Source of the DNA: Macrostomum lignano | Taxonomy: Eukaryota | Length of the DNA stretch: 64,000 bases | Direction: 5' to 3' | Assembly: GCA_002269645.1 (NCBI GenBank) | Contig: NIVC01003940.1 | Location: 1-64,000 of the forward strand | Shown: positions 10,872 to 23,769 of the stretch, piece by piece | How positions within the stretch are numbered: the stretch's first letter is position 1 | How the letters are laid out: every line of letters begins with the position of its first letter | The notes under the pieces: model-generated | What the model saw: the letters and a program-made list of their open reading frames with translations, nothing else | The model's database searches: none | What the model was told of the DNA's origin: nothing | Program-made: the position numbers and the translations under genes

Positions 10872-11482
10872 ATGATTCTTACCCCGAGAATCTCACAATT
10901 CTAACCCCCAGAACCTCGCCATTCATACCCCCCAGAATCTCACGATTTTACACCCATAATCTCAAGATTCTTAACCCCAGAATCTCACGATTCTTACCCC
11001 CAGAATCTCACGATTCTTACCCCCAGAATCTCACGATTCTTACCCTAGAATCTTATGATTCTTACCCCCAGAATCTCACGATTCTTACCCTAGAATCTTA
11101 TGATTCTTACCCCCAGAATCTCACGATTCTTACCCCCAGAATCTCACGATTCTTACCCCCAGAATCTCATGATTCTTACCCCCAGAATCTCACGATTCTT
11201 ACCCCCAGAATCTCACGATACTTACCCCGAAAATCTCACGATTCTTACCCCCAGAATCTCACGATTCATACCCCCCAGAATCTCACGATTTTACACCCAT
11301 AATCTCACGATTCTTAACCCCAGAATCTCGGGATTCTTACCTTCAGAATCTCGGCATTCTTACCCCCATAATCTCACGATTCTTACCCCAAGAATCTCAC
11401 GATTCTTACCCCCAGAATCTCACGATTCTTACCCCAATAATCTCACGATTCCTAGCTCCAGAACCTCATGATTCTTACCCCC
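10872..11482. repeat. ~21-22 bp satellite CCCCCAGAATCTCACGATTCTTA, left part
   Basis: Direct tandem repeats; each unit contains the hairpin AGAATC-TCAC-GATTCT. Confidence 0.95.
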
Positions 11483-12536
11483 TTGACTTACTTGACTTAG
11501 CTGCAGGGGGCGTCCGGCGGATGCAGCGAGGAGGTGGAGGAGACCGCCCATTCCGCTAGCCCCTGGCGACCAATGACTTCCATCGAAGCGATGTCGCTCA
11601 GGGGGACCCGTCGGTCTCGCCTGCAGCGCGGTCCTCCTCACCGGCGGTGGGGAAGAACTCAGCTCGTCCCGTGTCCTTGAGGTACCGGGCGAGCAGCGGG
11701 ATGCTCTCAAGCCTGCAAACGTCGGAGAGAACCGGATTTGGCCCGAGGTGAGTGAGCCTGGCCCTGGTGAAAACCGGGCACTGGCAGATAAAGTGCTCGG
11801 CGTTTTCACTGCCTGAGCGGCAGTAGGTGCACCGCTCCTCGGGTACTTGGCCCTGAAGGAAACAGTGGCGAGAGAAAGAGCCATGCCCGGAGAGGGCCGC
11901 GGGAGTTGATCACCGAGGCGGGGATGGGGGCTCCCGGGCCCGGCCCCAGCAGCGCGCCGGCGGAGCCAGCCTTGGCCAGCAGGTCAGCGCGCTCGTTGCC
12001 GAGGAAGCCGGCGTGGCCCGGGATCCATCTCAGCTCCACCTGGTTGCCTAGCGCAAGCCCGTTGAGCTTGGTGTTGCAGTCCAGGACGGACCTGGAGCTG
12101 GCGGTGCTGCGGCGGAGGGCCCGAAGGGCTGCTTGGCTGTCAGAGTGAAAAATAAATTTCCGACCGCTAAGCTGCCTTCGGCGCAGCTCTGCCGCGCAGG
12201 AGCTGATGGCAAGCACCTCGCTCTGAAAAACACTGCAGTTAAGCCCAGTGTGCTGGGAGTAGCTCCACACCACTTCTCCCTTGAAGAAGACGCAAGCTCT
12301 GAAGCCTGAAAGACCATGCCTCATAGAGCCGTCAGTGTAACTGTGGACTTCAGAATCGCTCCAGCTGTCACTCACCTTTGGCTCAGGAGCAGGGTGGCTG
12401 GGATCGAGTCCGTGAGGATGTTGAGCCCGCCACACTCCTCGAGAGCCTTGAGGCAGAGGTCAGAGTGCGGGATAAGCAACCGCTTCTTAAAGGCCCGCAC
12501 TTTCTTGAAGGCCACCCCAGCATCCAAAAGACGCCA
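11483..12536 (-). mobile_element. 5'-truncated RNase H-bearing LINE (I/R1 group) inserted in the satellite
   Basis: YTDGS...SVFQSEVLAI...FHSDSQAAL...LRWIPGHAGFLGNERADLLAK (RNase H, 11806-12435). The 3' tail has TAAGTCAAG repeats at ~11485-11500. Flanked by satellite-derived ATTCTTACCCC. Confidence 0.85.
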
Positions 12537-13745
12537 ATTCTTACCCCAAGAATCTCACGATTCTTACCCCCAGAATCTCACGATTCTTACCCCAGAATCT
12601 CACGATTTTACACCCATAATCTCAAGATTCTTAACCCCAGAATCTCACGATTCTTACCCCATAATCTCACGATTATTTTTTCCAGAATCTCGAGATTCTT
12701 ACCTTCAGAATCTCACAATTCTTACCCCCAGAATCTCACGATACTTACCCCCAGAATCTCACGATTTTACCTTCATAATCTCACAATTCTTACCCCCAGA
12801 ATCTCGGGATTCTTACCCCCATAATCTTACGATTCTTACCCCCAGAACCTCACGATTCTTACCCCAGAATCTCACGATTCTTACCCCCAGAACCTCACCA
12901 TTCTTACCCCCAGAATCTCACGATTCTTACCCCCAGAATCTCACGATTCTTACCCCATAATCTCACGATTATTTTTTCCAGAATCTCGAGATTCTTACCT
13001 TCAGAATCTCACAATTCTTACCCCCAGAATCTCAAGATTCTTACCCCCAGAATCTCACGATTCTTACCCCCAGAATCCCACGATTTTACCTTCATAATCT
13101 CACAATTCTTACCCCCAGAATCTCACGATTCTTACCCCAGAATCTCACGATTATTTTTCCCAGAATCCCGGGATTCTTACCTTCAGAATCTCACAATTCT
13201 TACCCCCAGAATCTCACGATACTTACCCCCAGAATCTCACGATTTTACCTTCATAATCTCACAATTCTTACCCCCAGAATCTCGGGATTCTTACCCCCAT
13301 AATCTTACGATTCTTACCCCCAGAACCTCACGATTCTTACCCCAGAATCTCACGATTCTTACCCCCAGAACCTCACCATTCTTACCCCCAGAATCTCACG
13401 ATTCTTACCCCCAGAATCTCACGATTCTTACCCCATAATCTCACGATTATTTTTTCCAGAATCTCGAGATTCTTACCTTCAGAATCTCACAATTCTTACC
13501 CCCAGAATCTCAAGATTCTTACCCCCAGAATCTCACCATTCTTACCCCCAGAATCCCACGATTTTACCTTCATAATCTCACAATTCTTACCCCCAGAATC
13601 TCACGATTCTTACCCCAGAATCTCACGATTATTTTTCCCAGAATCCCGGGATTCTTACCTTCAGAATCTCACAATTCTTACCTTCAGAATCTCGGGATTC
13701 TTACCTTCAGAATCTCACCATTCTTACCCCCAGAATCTCAGGATT
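12537..13745. repeat. Same ~22-bp satellite, right part, with a ~478-bp higher-order repeat
   Basis: Variant units recur at 12963/13441 and 13145/13623 (offset 478). Confidence 0.95.
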
Positions 13746-13974
13746 CTAAGGCCCAGAATAAAGAATCACTGCAAGATGCTGAATATGACAAACATAATCG
13801 CTCTGCTATTAAAAATCGATCAGCGATTAAAATTTGCAGGGGTGGCAACAGTGCACCTGATGAGGCTTGATGAACTTTGGCGGTTTAAAATGAGTCGGTT
13901 TTGAAGAATCGCCGCATAATCACAATAGACGATCATCTGGACGACACTGCTAAATGGTTTGTAAAGCTGGACCC

Positions 13975-14170
13975 TGGGGAAGAAAGTATGTTGAAACTCA
14001 AAGTAGTTGAAATGAAATATTACAAAATAATGCTAAGGATTTCATGGAAAGAGAACGATCTAAATGCCTGGGTTAGGAGAAAAGTGAATTCGGGTTTGGA
14101 AATAATATAATAAATAAGAATCCTTCCAATATTGCAAATAAAGTTAAGTTAAAAGTAAAACAGCTAGGGT
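13975..14170 (+). mobile_element. Degenerate RTE/L2-type LINE fragment (post-RT region)
   Basis: LKVVEMKYYKIMLRISWKEN..NAWVRRKV resembles the RTE motif FEMWCYRRMLRISW...NEEVRRR. Confidence 0.5.
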
Positions 14171-15359
14171 ATGGAAGTCAGTGTGTAATTCAGCTTCAAG
14201 GGGGGGGGAAACTGTCTGACAGGCACAGTCTGAAACTTGGAAATTAATGAGAGAATTGGGGGGGTTACGCTCGAATGTCAAGTGTTCAGTTAAATCAATT
14301 GAATACGCTCGCTTCGGATCAGGTTAGCGGTGTTCATATGTGCATTGAAAATGTTGAAAAAGTTTGTTTCTTGCTATGACTGCTTCTATGTGGAGATATG
14401 GATGACGTAATCGTTCTAACTGCTTGGTGAAGAGGGTTCTTTCTGAGGGAGGCTGTGCGACCCGTCAGAATGTACACTGGAAATGAGGTGAGAGAACGAT
14501 TGTCAGAGAACGTGAACAGGGACGAGTGTTTGTCTCTATACATGTACATGTACAGGTATTTGATTTGCTCGTATATGGGGTTGCTTTGTGAAATCCTATA
14601 ATTCTATAATTCTAGAGATACTCGAATGGCCATGCAGTTTAATATGGCAGTTACATCAGATATTGGGGCATTTAATGTTTAGTATACTACACTGACATTT
14701 GCGAGTAGTATTATTAACATTTTTCTTGACAAAGTTTCCCAAAATTAGCTGATAAATGCATCCTACAAGTTAGTGATGAGAATAATGCTGCTGGCTGCGA
14801 TGATGCACAGCAAGAATTTCTTGTGTTAGTGGGGCCGAGAGGAAGTTTGGGCAGTTTAGGCGTACAGAGCGTGAATAATGGTTTGAGCTAAATATATAGA
14901 AGCAACTCTCTCTGAGGCCTCTCGATCTCGATCAGTACTACTGAATAGACACTTTCTGCAAAAACTGCATGGCACCACTGAGAATTCCCGCTGGGAGATG
15001 CTTGGGCCTCTTCATTGGTAACGAAACTCAAGTCATGCCTATTGAATCCTAGTTGGGCATGTGCCGACTGAAGACTGCAGCAGCCGATGCCAGCCATTGT
15101 CTCATCGCTGCATACGTAATTAACTGCCATGCACTGCTCTTGCGGAGTTTTAAGTCTGACTTGTGACTGCGGAGAGTGGTAAATGCCTAAGTTTAGCGAT
15201 CGGCTGCTAAACATGTATCTAACAAGTGTTGATGAATAAATTTTCTTCATTTCCGAAGCTGTTTATAGCATTATACCATTGATTTCGTACCCAGTCACAA
15301 ATTACATGTTCTTATCCACTTAGCTAGCACAGCAGGCCATCAGAAAGCGATCTCAATCA

Positions 15360-15589
15360 CCGTCAGAAATTCGCCACACACATGTACTTCAGTGATAGGG
15401 ATTCTTAACTCTCACCGTCAGATACTCGCCACACACATGTGCTTCAGTGATAGGGATTCTTAACTCTCACCGTCAGATACTCGCCACACACATGTGCTTC
15501 AGTGATAGGGATTCTTAACTCTCACCGTCAGATACTCGCCACACACATGTGCTTCAGTGATAGGGATTCTTAACTCTCACCGTCAGATA
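15360..15589. repeat. 55-bp minisatellite, ~4 copies
   Basis: CCGTCAGATACTCGCCACACACATGTGCTTCAGTGATAGGGATTCTTAACTCTCA at 15415, 15470 and 15525, plus a variant first copy. Confidence 0.95.
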
Positions 15590-16282
15590 TTGAGCCTCTG
15601 GTGGTCAGCTCCTTCCTAAATACTTTCCAGCGATGTTGAAGTGCTCTGTCACAAACGCAATCCTCTCATTCTTGGGGTAAATGAGCATCAAAGGATGAGC
15701 TAATAGGCGCTTCTGTGGCTGATAATTGGTTTTGGTTTTAACTCGAACTCCAAGCAGTATTTGTTTTGACAAATCGAGGTCCATTGGAATGAATTTCTGG
15801 TTTTGTCTCTTGCACTCATACACCTCGTAAGAGGACACGCTGCAAAGTACACAAGGCTAGAAGTTAAGGTTTTATCAGAACGTTCAGGTATTAGCCAGAA
15901 ACTAAAAATTGTAAAGCTTTCAGCTGTACTTTTTGTAACAGGTAGGATTTTGTGTCCATCCTGCCTGCACCTTCTGCTCACGTCGGATAACAAAGAATTG
16001 AACTCGAAGCACGGTTTTTCTGGGCCCAGGCTGCTGCGGCCTACAGCCCAGCCGAGGCAATGGCCATGCCTTTAGGCCCGCAGATGCGGGCGAGAGCAAA
16101 GTGAAGCGAGCGCCTCCACTTTCTCTCCTTTTATTTAAAACACTGCAGAACAGGCGCGTGGGAACGTAAACTCTTATAGGCTACACAGAACAAAATGCAA
16201 ATTACGCAGCAAGTTTTAGGTGCAGCCGTCCTTTGCAAATATGACTGCATTTTATGCAGCTCATAGATGGAAGGATGAACGG

Positions 16283-16385
16283 TATGCCTCGTGGAGGCCG
16301 AAAAGAAGCAAGGTGCAAGGTGGATGAGGAGATTCGTGAATTTCTGGAAGCAGAGGTGAACCGCAACCCGTTCCTCACCCTGAGC
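16283..16385 (+). mobile_element. Tc1/IS630-like transposase HTH fragment
   Basis: MPRGGRKEARCKVDEEIREFLEAEVNRNPFLTL* resembles the second HTH of Tc1/IS630 transposases. Confidence 0.45.
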
Positions 16386-17387
16386 TGGACTGCTGTGTTT
16401 CCATCATTTTTCTGACTGTGTTGCCATTTCTGTTGTCAATTTCTCGTTTCTATTGTTAAAATTTCATTCAAATAAACGCACACATTGCTCCCGTTGCCAT
16501 TTTGATTGTCCAATTCTCATTTCGATCGTCAAAAAGTCTATGGCCTAAGCCGCAGCTGCTGCGAAGCTGAGCTGAGCTGCTGCATGCAGATCTACGGCTG
16601 TTTTCATTTTGATTGTCCATTTTCTCATATTGATTGTCAAAACCAATACCAGCTAGCTGGTTTCAGAACTAAGCTTATCAAATTGATCAAGTATGCATTA
16701 AAACGATAATAATTTTGATTTTTAAGGCTCCACCGCCGACCATGGGAAACATGGCGCAAAAATCCCTTCTGAAAGGCCCAGAGAGCAGCTCCAATCAAGG
16801 CCAAGAGCACTTGTAGAAAGAAAAGGGATTTAAAAGAAGTTTAGTGCTGAACTTGATAGAGTCCATCTCCCCCAATGCACTGTTGCGTGCCTGCTCAACA
16901 CAGCAAACCTTTGATCGATTATTCACACAGGAAAATCAGTTATTGCGCTGCTGTTTATTCAATAAACTAAAATCACTCTCACATAACGATCATTTATTAA
17001 CATTAAGTCAATTTTCTCGGTCGATATCCGCTCAAGTAAAGTCAGCGATGCAAATTAATAACATTCCTGCATGATATGTCAAACTTGTGGACACGATTTC
17101 TTTTAGAAATTGAGGCCGGAAACAGGGCTTATAGGAGTTTGGGAGTGGCCAACAGACAGTATGAATTAACAGTTGTCGGAACTGAATGCACATTGCGCCA
17201 AGCGCTACCAAAAACCATCTGAATTGAATGAAAATATTTCAACTTTGACTGCACATTTAACAAATTAGGATGGGAAAATGTGTAACTGTACGACAAATTC
17301 ATGTTCCATTTCGAATAAAATCAAAGTAGCGTCCCTCCATCGTGATACTTCCAGCTGTCTAAGAGTCAGTCAATCCTTGGATGAAAA

Positions 17388-20300
17388 TCATTTTGTACAG
17401 AAAGAACTGTCCACAAGAGATATTTCCACCTTCCCATCAGGTTCAGTGTTGCCTCCATCCGTTCCTGAGACTTGCTCAGCTGAAGCATCCGCGTAACTGG
17501 AGCCGCCGCCGCCTGGACTGCCTTTCGCCCCTCCGGAGCCGCCGCAGTAGCCGCCACCGCCACCACCTCCGGCTTCATTTGCTCCAGATCCAGCAGTTCG
17601 GCCTCCTCCGCCTCCACCGCCGTAGCCACCGGAACCGCCACCGGCACCGTCGCCTCCAGCCCAGGTGGTGCCTCCAAAGCCACTACTATCTCCAGCAGGT
17701 GAAGCCGCAGGCGACTGCCATCCAGCACCAGCAGCGCCACAGTTAGTACCCGACGGGTTGCTACCGGCGTTCTGATTGGCCGATCCGGGGCAAGAGCCAT
17801 GCGAATGAATTCCAGCTTTGCCTGCAGTTGTCTCAGTGCCTCCGCCTCCTCCCCCGGCCGCCAACAGCAGGGTGCTGCTGCTCGTGTAGATGAAAGTTCC
17901 GCCTCCTCCACCGCCGCCATCGCCACTGCTTCCGCGTTTTCCAACAACAATGGTCAGCGTCTGAGAACTAGTCAAGGTAAAGTGAGCAATTTTTTCTGCT
18001 CCGTTGCCACCAGCGGCTGCTGTGCTTCCATCAAAAGCTGTACCGCCTTTGGCACCACGCGCTACAAATCGATAGCAGCCACCGTCCACAGGTGGCGTGT
18101 AGGTCACCGACGTTCCTAATTGGTATGACGCTGATGCTGGCGCTGAAAACGTTAGAGAAAATCAGATTTTAACTTATAATGTTATCATTTAATAAATACC
18201 AACTTGAATTGTTAAACAGGCAGGTGCTTGTTTAAATTAGGTCAGTTTCGTTTCTGTGTAAAAATATCAATTCCTAGAGCACAGAGAATAAGAATGGTTA
18301 CAGAGAATACCGAAGTATTCTCACTAACTAGAATTACTACGCTTGGTTACTTTTCCGGATTTTTTGCTTACACCAATCTCAGAATGCGAATACATCTGGT
18401 GGGTTGGCCCCCTAATAAAACAACAAGAGAAACTGCAGCTGCAGCAGCAATAACATCAGCAGCCACTGCCACAGAACTGCACTCCGCCAAAGCCAATAAA
18501 GACAGTCCAGCTGATAAAAAGTCAATTAAGGACATAACTCCATTAAAAATCAGCGAAATTTTAGAAACCAATTTTCTGTGGCCAAAATACTTGCTTTAAG
18601 ATTATCCACTTTATTGTCTTTTAGCCAGAGAGAATTATGCCTTTAACAGCCTGGCTTGGACTGTAGTCTGCGGGAGAGTGGCAGCTTAGAATTCCGAGCT
18701 GTCCGCTTGATTGGCTTTATTGTCTATGGCCGACTGCAGCTCTGTGACAGTGGTTTGATTGGCTTTATTGTCTATGGCCGACTGCAGCTGTGTGACAGTG
18801 GTTTTGATTGGCTTTATTGTCTATGGCCGACTGCAGCTCTGTGACAGTGGTTTTGATTGGCTTTATTGTCTATGGCCGACTGCAGCTCTGTGACAGTGGT
18901 TTTGATTGGCTTTATTGTCTATTGCCGAGTGCAGGTCTGTGACAGTGGCTTTGATTGGCTTTATTGTCTATGGCCCAGTGAAGTTCTGTGGCGATCTCCT
19001 TCTGCTGTTGCGAATGGGGATTCCTATCTTGATTTGCTTAATTATGAACTTTACTGACAGAAGCAATTTACAGTTCAGTATGGCTTTTACCACTGAGCAA
19101 TACGAGTATTAAGAAGCTTTTGTATCTAAATCCGAATGAAACTGACTACCTAAACACGAGAGAGCATAGGAACTCGTGAAATTTAGTCTTGAAAATTTGA
19201 TTAGAATCTGATGATAGCAAAAACTGCTTTTAAAAAGAGGCTTCGGGGCGAATGCATTCACAACTGAAGAAGTCGCAACAACTCGAGCTTCTTAGAATTG
19301 AGCTGATAAGAAAAATACATATTTGTCGGATTGCTAGTGCATTCAGTATGCTCTAAAAAAACGGCATTGTTAGTGCCGGATTTGTCTGTGTCGAAGCAAT
19401 ATTGAGCGCCATGCGTTCTCTCGAGCATGCTCAACGCGATACTACAAATATACATTACTTACGGGCCTCAAGCTTATTTCTAAGAAATTCGAGTTTAGGT
19501 TCCTACTACGAACGTACAGCAATCCAATTTGCAAATGGTGCAAAAGGAAGATTCTATTTTTCTTAGTATTTCACTTAAATGAAAAAAATGTATACATGTA
19601 TACCTACCAGTCAGTGCCAGTGGACCCGGAGTCGTATACGTTGTCGTTAGAGTCGTAGTAGTAGCAGTGGTAGTCGGAGTCGTAGTGGTCGTAGTCGTAG
19701 TGGTCGTTGGAGCCTCTGTGCTCGCAGTCGTAGTGGTAGTTGGAACCTCTGTGGTCGTAGTCGTAGTGGTCGTTGGAGCCTCTGTGGTCACAATTGTAGT
19801 GGTCGTTGGAGCCTCTGTGGTCACAGTCGTAGTTGCCGTTGGAGCCTCTGTGGTCGTAGTCATAGTGGTCGTTGGAGCCTCTGTGGTCGTAGTTGTAGTG
19901 GTCGTTGGAGCCTCTGTGGTCGTAGTCGTAGTGGTCGTTGGAGCCTCTGTGGTCGCAGTCGTAGTGGTCGTTAGAGCCTCTGTGGTCGCAGTCGTAGTGG
20001 TCGTTGGAGCCTCTGTGGTCGCAGTCGTAGTGGTCGTTGGAGCCTCTGTGATCGTAGTCGTGGCTGTCGTTGGAGTCTCGGTGGTCGTTATCGGAGCCGA
20101 AGTAATCAGAGTCGAAGTGGTCGGAGCCGTAGTTCTCATCGAAGTAGTCTCACAATCTGCTCTGGTTCGCAGCACCTGCGTGTTGCAGGCCGGTCCGCTA
20201 CTTTGCTGCCAGTAAAGCAGCAGGTCGCAGCTGTCTCCGAGAATGCATGACCGGTTGCTAGGCAAGTACTCATAGACTGAGCACAGGGTCGTGTTGCTCG

Positions 20301-20478
20301 CGCATTCGACAGCGCACACTCGAGCATCGACAACCCCAAGCACTGTGCACTGACCGCTCGCTGCAGTCGCAGAATTGTAGCACAGGTCCGGCCTCTTGTC
20401 GAAGACAAAAGATAGGCCATCGGCGAATGAAATCAGGGCTGTCAAAGTTATGACAGCTTCGCCTACATGCAGTGACAT
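17388..20478 (-). CDS. Paralog A: secreted PAN/Apple + Thr-rich mucin + ALK/LTK-type glycine-rich domain protein; exons 20478-19608 and 18142-17388
   Basis: Signal-like N-terminus, PAN Cys pattern CAVECASNTTLCSVYEY..SNRSCIL, TTEAPTTTTT 30-bp repeats. Phase-1 donor ACT G|gtaggt and acceptor ttttcag|CG CCA join in frame to GAKGG..GGNGA...LTIVVGKRG..GGGGGTFIY..LLLAAGGGGG, the ALK glycine-rich-domain signature. Confidence 0.8.
18706..18975. repeat. ~51-52 bp minisatellite (5 copies) in the intron of paralog A
   Basis: TTGATTGGCTTTATTGTCTATGGCCGACTGCAGCTCTGTGACAGTGGT(T) tandem units. Confidence 0.95.
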
Positions 20479-23400
20479 TCTAAGACGCTTACTCGTAGAC
20501 TAGTAAAGGCTTCTTTTAGAAGGGTTCTAAAGCCAAGAATGTTGCTTGACAGAAAGTCAGAAACCGCAGCTCCTAAATACAATGCCTCAAGCAGTCTCGA
20601 GCAGTTTCCTTCTTCAATTCTTGTTGGCTGGCTCTCTAGAGTCCAGCGGGTAGAGTTTGTAGTCATCATCACCATGAAAACCAGCCCAAGACAGTAACTA
20701 TCTCTGGGACAGAGAAAAACTCTTCCCACTGCCTGTTGTGTGGCAGTTCAGTATAAGTGGTGGCTTGAAGATGCTTCAAGTTGGTTTTGAGCAATAAGAA
20801 GGGTCTTTTTACTTTGTAAAGGAGAGCTTTTCTAACAAGTTTTGTTGTTGTTCAGTAGCTTTGGCATTTGTGGCAAGCTTAAATTAGCTCAGAGCTGTCG
20901 TCAAGAAGTGAATTCTACGTCCCATCTATATGCCTTTATGCTTTTCTCTGACTAGCTATAGGTCTCTCGACCCTATCTACAAGTGGCTACCGCAACTCCG
21001 TGCACCGCGGCACGGACCACTCGCCAAACGACATCTTATCCAACAGAGCCGTGAGCGACGAGGCTACCAAGGCACGTTTTGCCTTGCTTTAACTTGCGAG
21101 TAATTATTGTTTTGGCATAAGCACAACCGTTTATCAGACACAAATTTTCTCAATTTAACGTAGGATGCAAGTTGTTAGCTGCGTTTAGAATACCAAGTCA
21201 CAAGGAGATTAGGAGCTACAATCAGTCTGGTTAGAAAGTCATTGTCATTGTCACTACTTATTTTTCTACCTCTTCACAATTCCAATTGCAGAAGTAGTTT
21301 CTCTAGCAGAGAGCAGACTCCATCCTTGGTTCATTTGAGGCTTAAATTATTTATGCCATCGCAGAGAGCCAGCGTCTCCCTTCCACAGCTAGAGGCTTTC
21401 AGCTTTCACTGTCGTCCTTAAGTGCCAGAAAAGCGACAGAGATTTCCACGTACATGTATTTTCTTTAGAAAACGTTTTTTTTACCGGAGTGGGCTAAAAC
21501 GGCGCATATTCAACTCACATGACGTTTAAAAGATGAAAAAATTAAGTCTTCTTGTATCTTTAGTGAGGTGAAAAAATTACTCATGTTCATCTTTGGTTAT
21601 CCTATTAAGCTTGTCTAAATTACCTATAAGGTACTGCATGGATAAGTAAGTTTGAAAAAATGCTGCATGATTTTGAACTTTACTAGTGGTCGATTTTTAT
21701 TGCTACATTCGTGTATAGTAACGATATTGGTAAATGCAAGTTTTTGTAATAAGGAAACGATTTTGAAACCTGACTTAAGATCATTTATTTCGGTCCCTGA
21801 GTGGTTTAACAAGATTTATCTATTTTAATTTATACAGAAAGCTGGGAAAAATGTAAAATTACAACTCTACCCTACTCTTCCGTGAATTTTTGTCATCCAT
21901 TGAGCTTGTCTATGGTAAAACCTCATCTGGTCCAAAATGGTCTACAAAAACGAAAAAATCTGTTGAGAAACCAGTTGAAGGAAAATGCATAATTTCATTC
22001 AATATTTGTAAGAGAGATGTGTCCCACAACCAGCGCTGAAGCGATTATGCCTATTCAGCTGACTCCAAAGAACATAGCAAATGCACCAGTACTGTACGCA
22101 AGCACGCACTCATACACACGCTCACACAGGATGTACAGCAGCCCTGACTTTCTAATCGTCAGACATGTACACTCTCTGTGCTCTCTTTTGGCCCTCGTGG
22201 CTGCGAATCACACGGCAACCCACGCCAAATTTTCGTGCACACAATCCTCAATTCAAGTATTCGAAAACTGGTGTAGAGATCTCCAAACCTAGTAGACTAC
22301 TAGAAGTAGTAAGATAAAATTACATGTACGAATGCAAATTTAAAAAAGCATGCGTCATACTCTATTTTCAGTAATACCAGTAATATCACGAAAACAGTGA
22401 GTGATCATTCCACAGTTCGAAAAATCGGTTTTCAACCTATATTTCCAAATATGGTAAATGTTAACTCAAATGCGACCCAAGTTTCACCCTTTTTTATTAG
22501 AAACCGCACCGATCAAAGGAGAAAGTTCATTTCTTGATTCTTATCAATAAAACCGGTTTAGGGCTCAAGGTCAAATAAAATTGTGTATAAATGAATACAA
22601 GCGAAAAATCCGAGCTGAAACCTCAGACTCGGAGCAGTCAGTCTTTAATTGTTAGTTGATTATTGAGAGCTGTGTTATTGCCGGCAGTTACTGATCAGTT
22701 GATTTAACTGAGTTTATTGAATTTGAGGCCTCCCCTTTTCCTAAGGAATTGGATAGGATCTGCGGACCGATTCTGATACTCTTAGTCCATTGATTGATTT
22801 TGGTACCCTAGAGTAACCGAAGGAGCATACGACTCCGATTCCTTTATTTCTAGTAGAAGACGCCCTTTCTGGAGGACCTCGTTATCGTCATAGAGTTGAC
22901 TTTGTTATTAGGGCGCATCTCTGCACTTGAGGAATGTATTGACGTCGACGGATTAAATTGAAGTGCTCTCATATTCGGCCGATTTTAAAACTCAAGAAGA
23001 CTACTCCGGAGGAGGAAGATTTGAAGAAACGAGCTCGGAGAACCTGCCCAACAAAGAAGCGGAGCCCGCACCACTGATCACTAAATTTCGTTCCCAGGCT
23101 TGATGTCTGGAAGTGGAAGTTCGTGCGTTTGGATACTAGACTTAATTCTCCCTCTCTCTTCTCTTTCTCTCTCTCTTTCCATCTCTCTCTCTAGTGTGCT
23201 AAAACGAACTCTTCACAAGGTTACAGTCAGCATCTGATCAAACGCATACCAACTTAATGCGCATATAGGACTGATATAAACTGGTCTAGCATCTAAATTT
23301 TTCAGGACTAAAATGTCAATAGAATTCCTTCATCCAGTACAGAATAAAAGTACTTTTTAAATTCTGTATTTGATTATATGCGGTCTGGAAAACAGTTTAG

Positions 23401-23769
23401 GCACTGTATAATTAAAGTAAGTTGCATGTATATCCCACGGGTTCATTTAAGATTAGGGTTTAGGGTATAGGGTTATGGTTAGGGTTGGGGTATTGCTGAG
23501 ATTTCTAGACTGATGGGGTATTTGCTAAGATGTCATGTCTCACGGGGGGAATAGCTGAGATGTCAAGGCTTACTAAGGGAATTGTTGGGGTCATATGAGA
23601 GAAGAAAGAATGCTACATGTAGTTTATTCAAAAAATTGTATTCAATTTTTGTTTGCCCAACGGGGGGCGCTGATTGCTAGTATACATCTAATAATAACTG
23701 ACTACAATGGTTTTCATTAATGAATGAGTATCATGTCTTCTTCCGCTATCACTTCTTTGAGACGGACTC

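Larger units (their letters stand above)
10785..13853. mobile_element. Non-autonomous TIR DNA transposon (hAT/P-like) carrying an internal satellite
   Basis: CAGTGTTGCC at 10785 and GGCAACAGTG ending 13853 (9/10 inverted match), flanked by a direct repeat CACCTGA (10778-10784, 13854-13860). Subterminal AATCGC/GCGATT motifs on both sides. Confidence 0.7.

Noticed and set aside
10754-13745. ESHDSYPQNLTILTP-repeat ORFs
   Set aside because: Open frames produced by the 22-bp satellite; frames switch with unit-length variation.
14888-15250. 120-aa minus-strand ORF
   Set aside because: No recognisable motif or splice context; consistent with chance.
22585-23140. Possible solo LTR
   Set aside because: No convincing TG...CA ends or matching TSD.
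23453-23490. Interstitial telomere (TTAGGG-like)
   Set aside because: Only ~6 degenerate units; too short to indicate a chromosome end or fusion.
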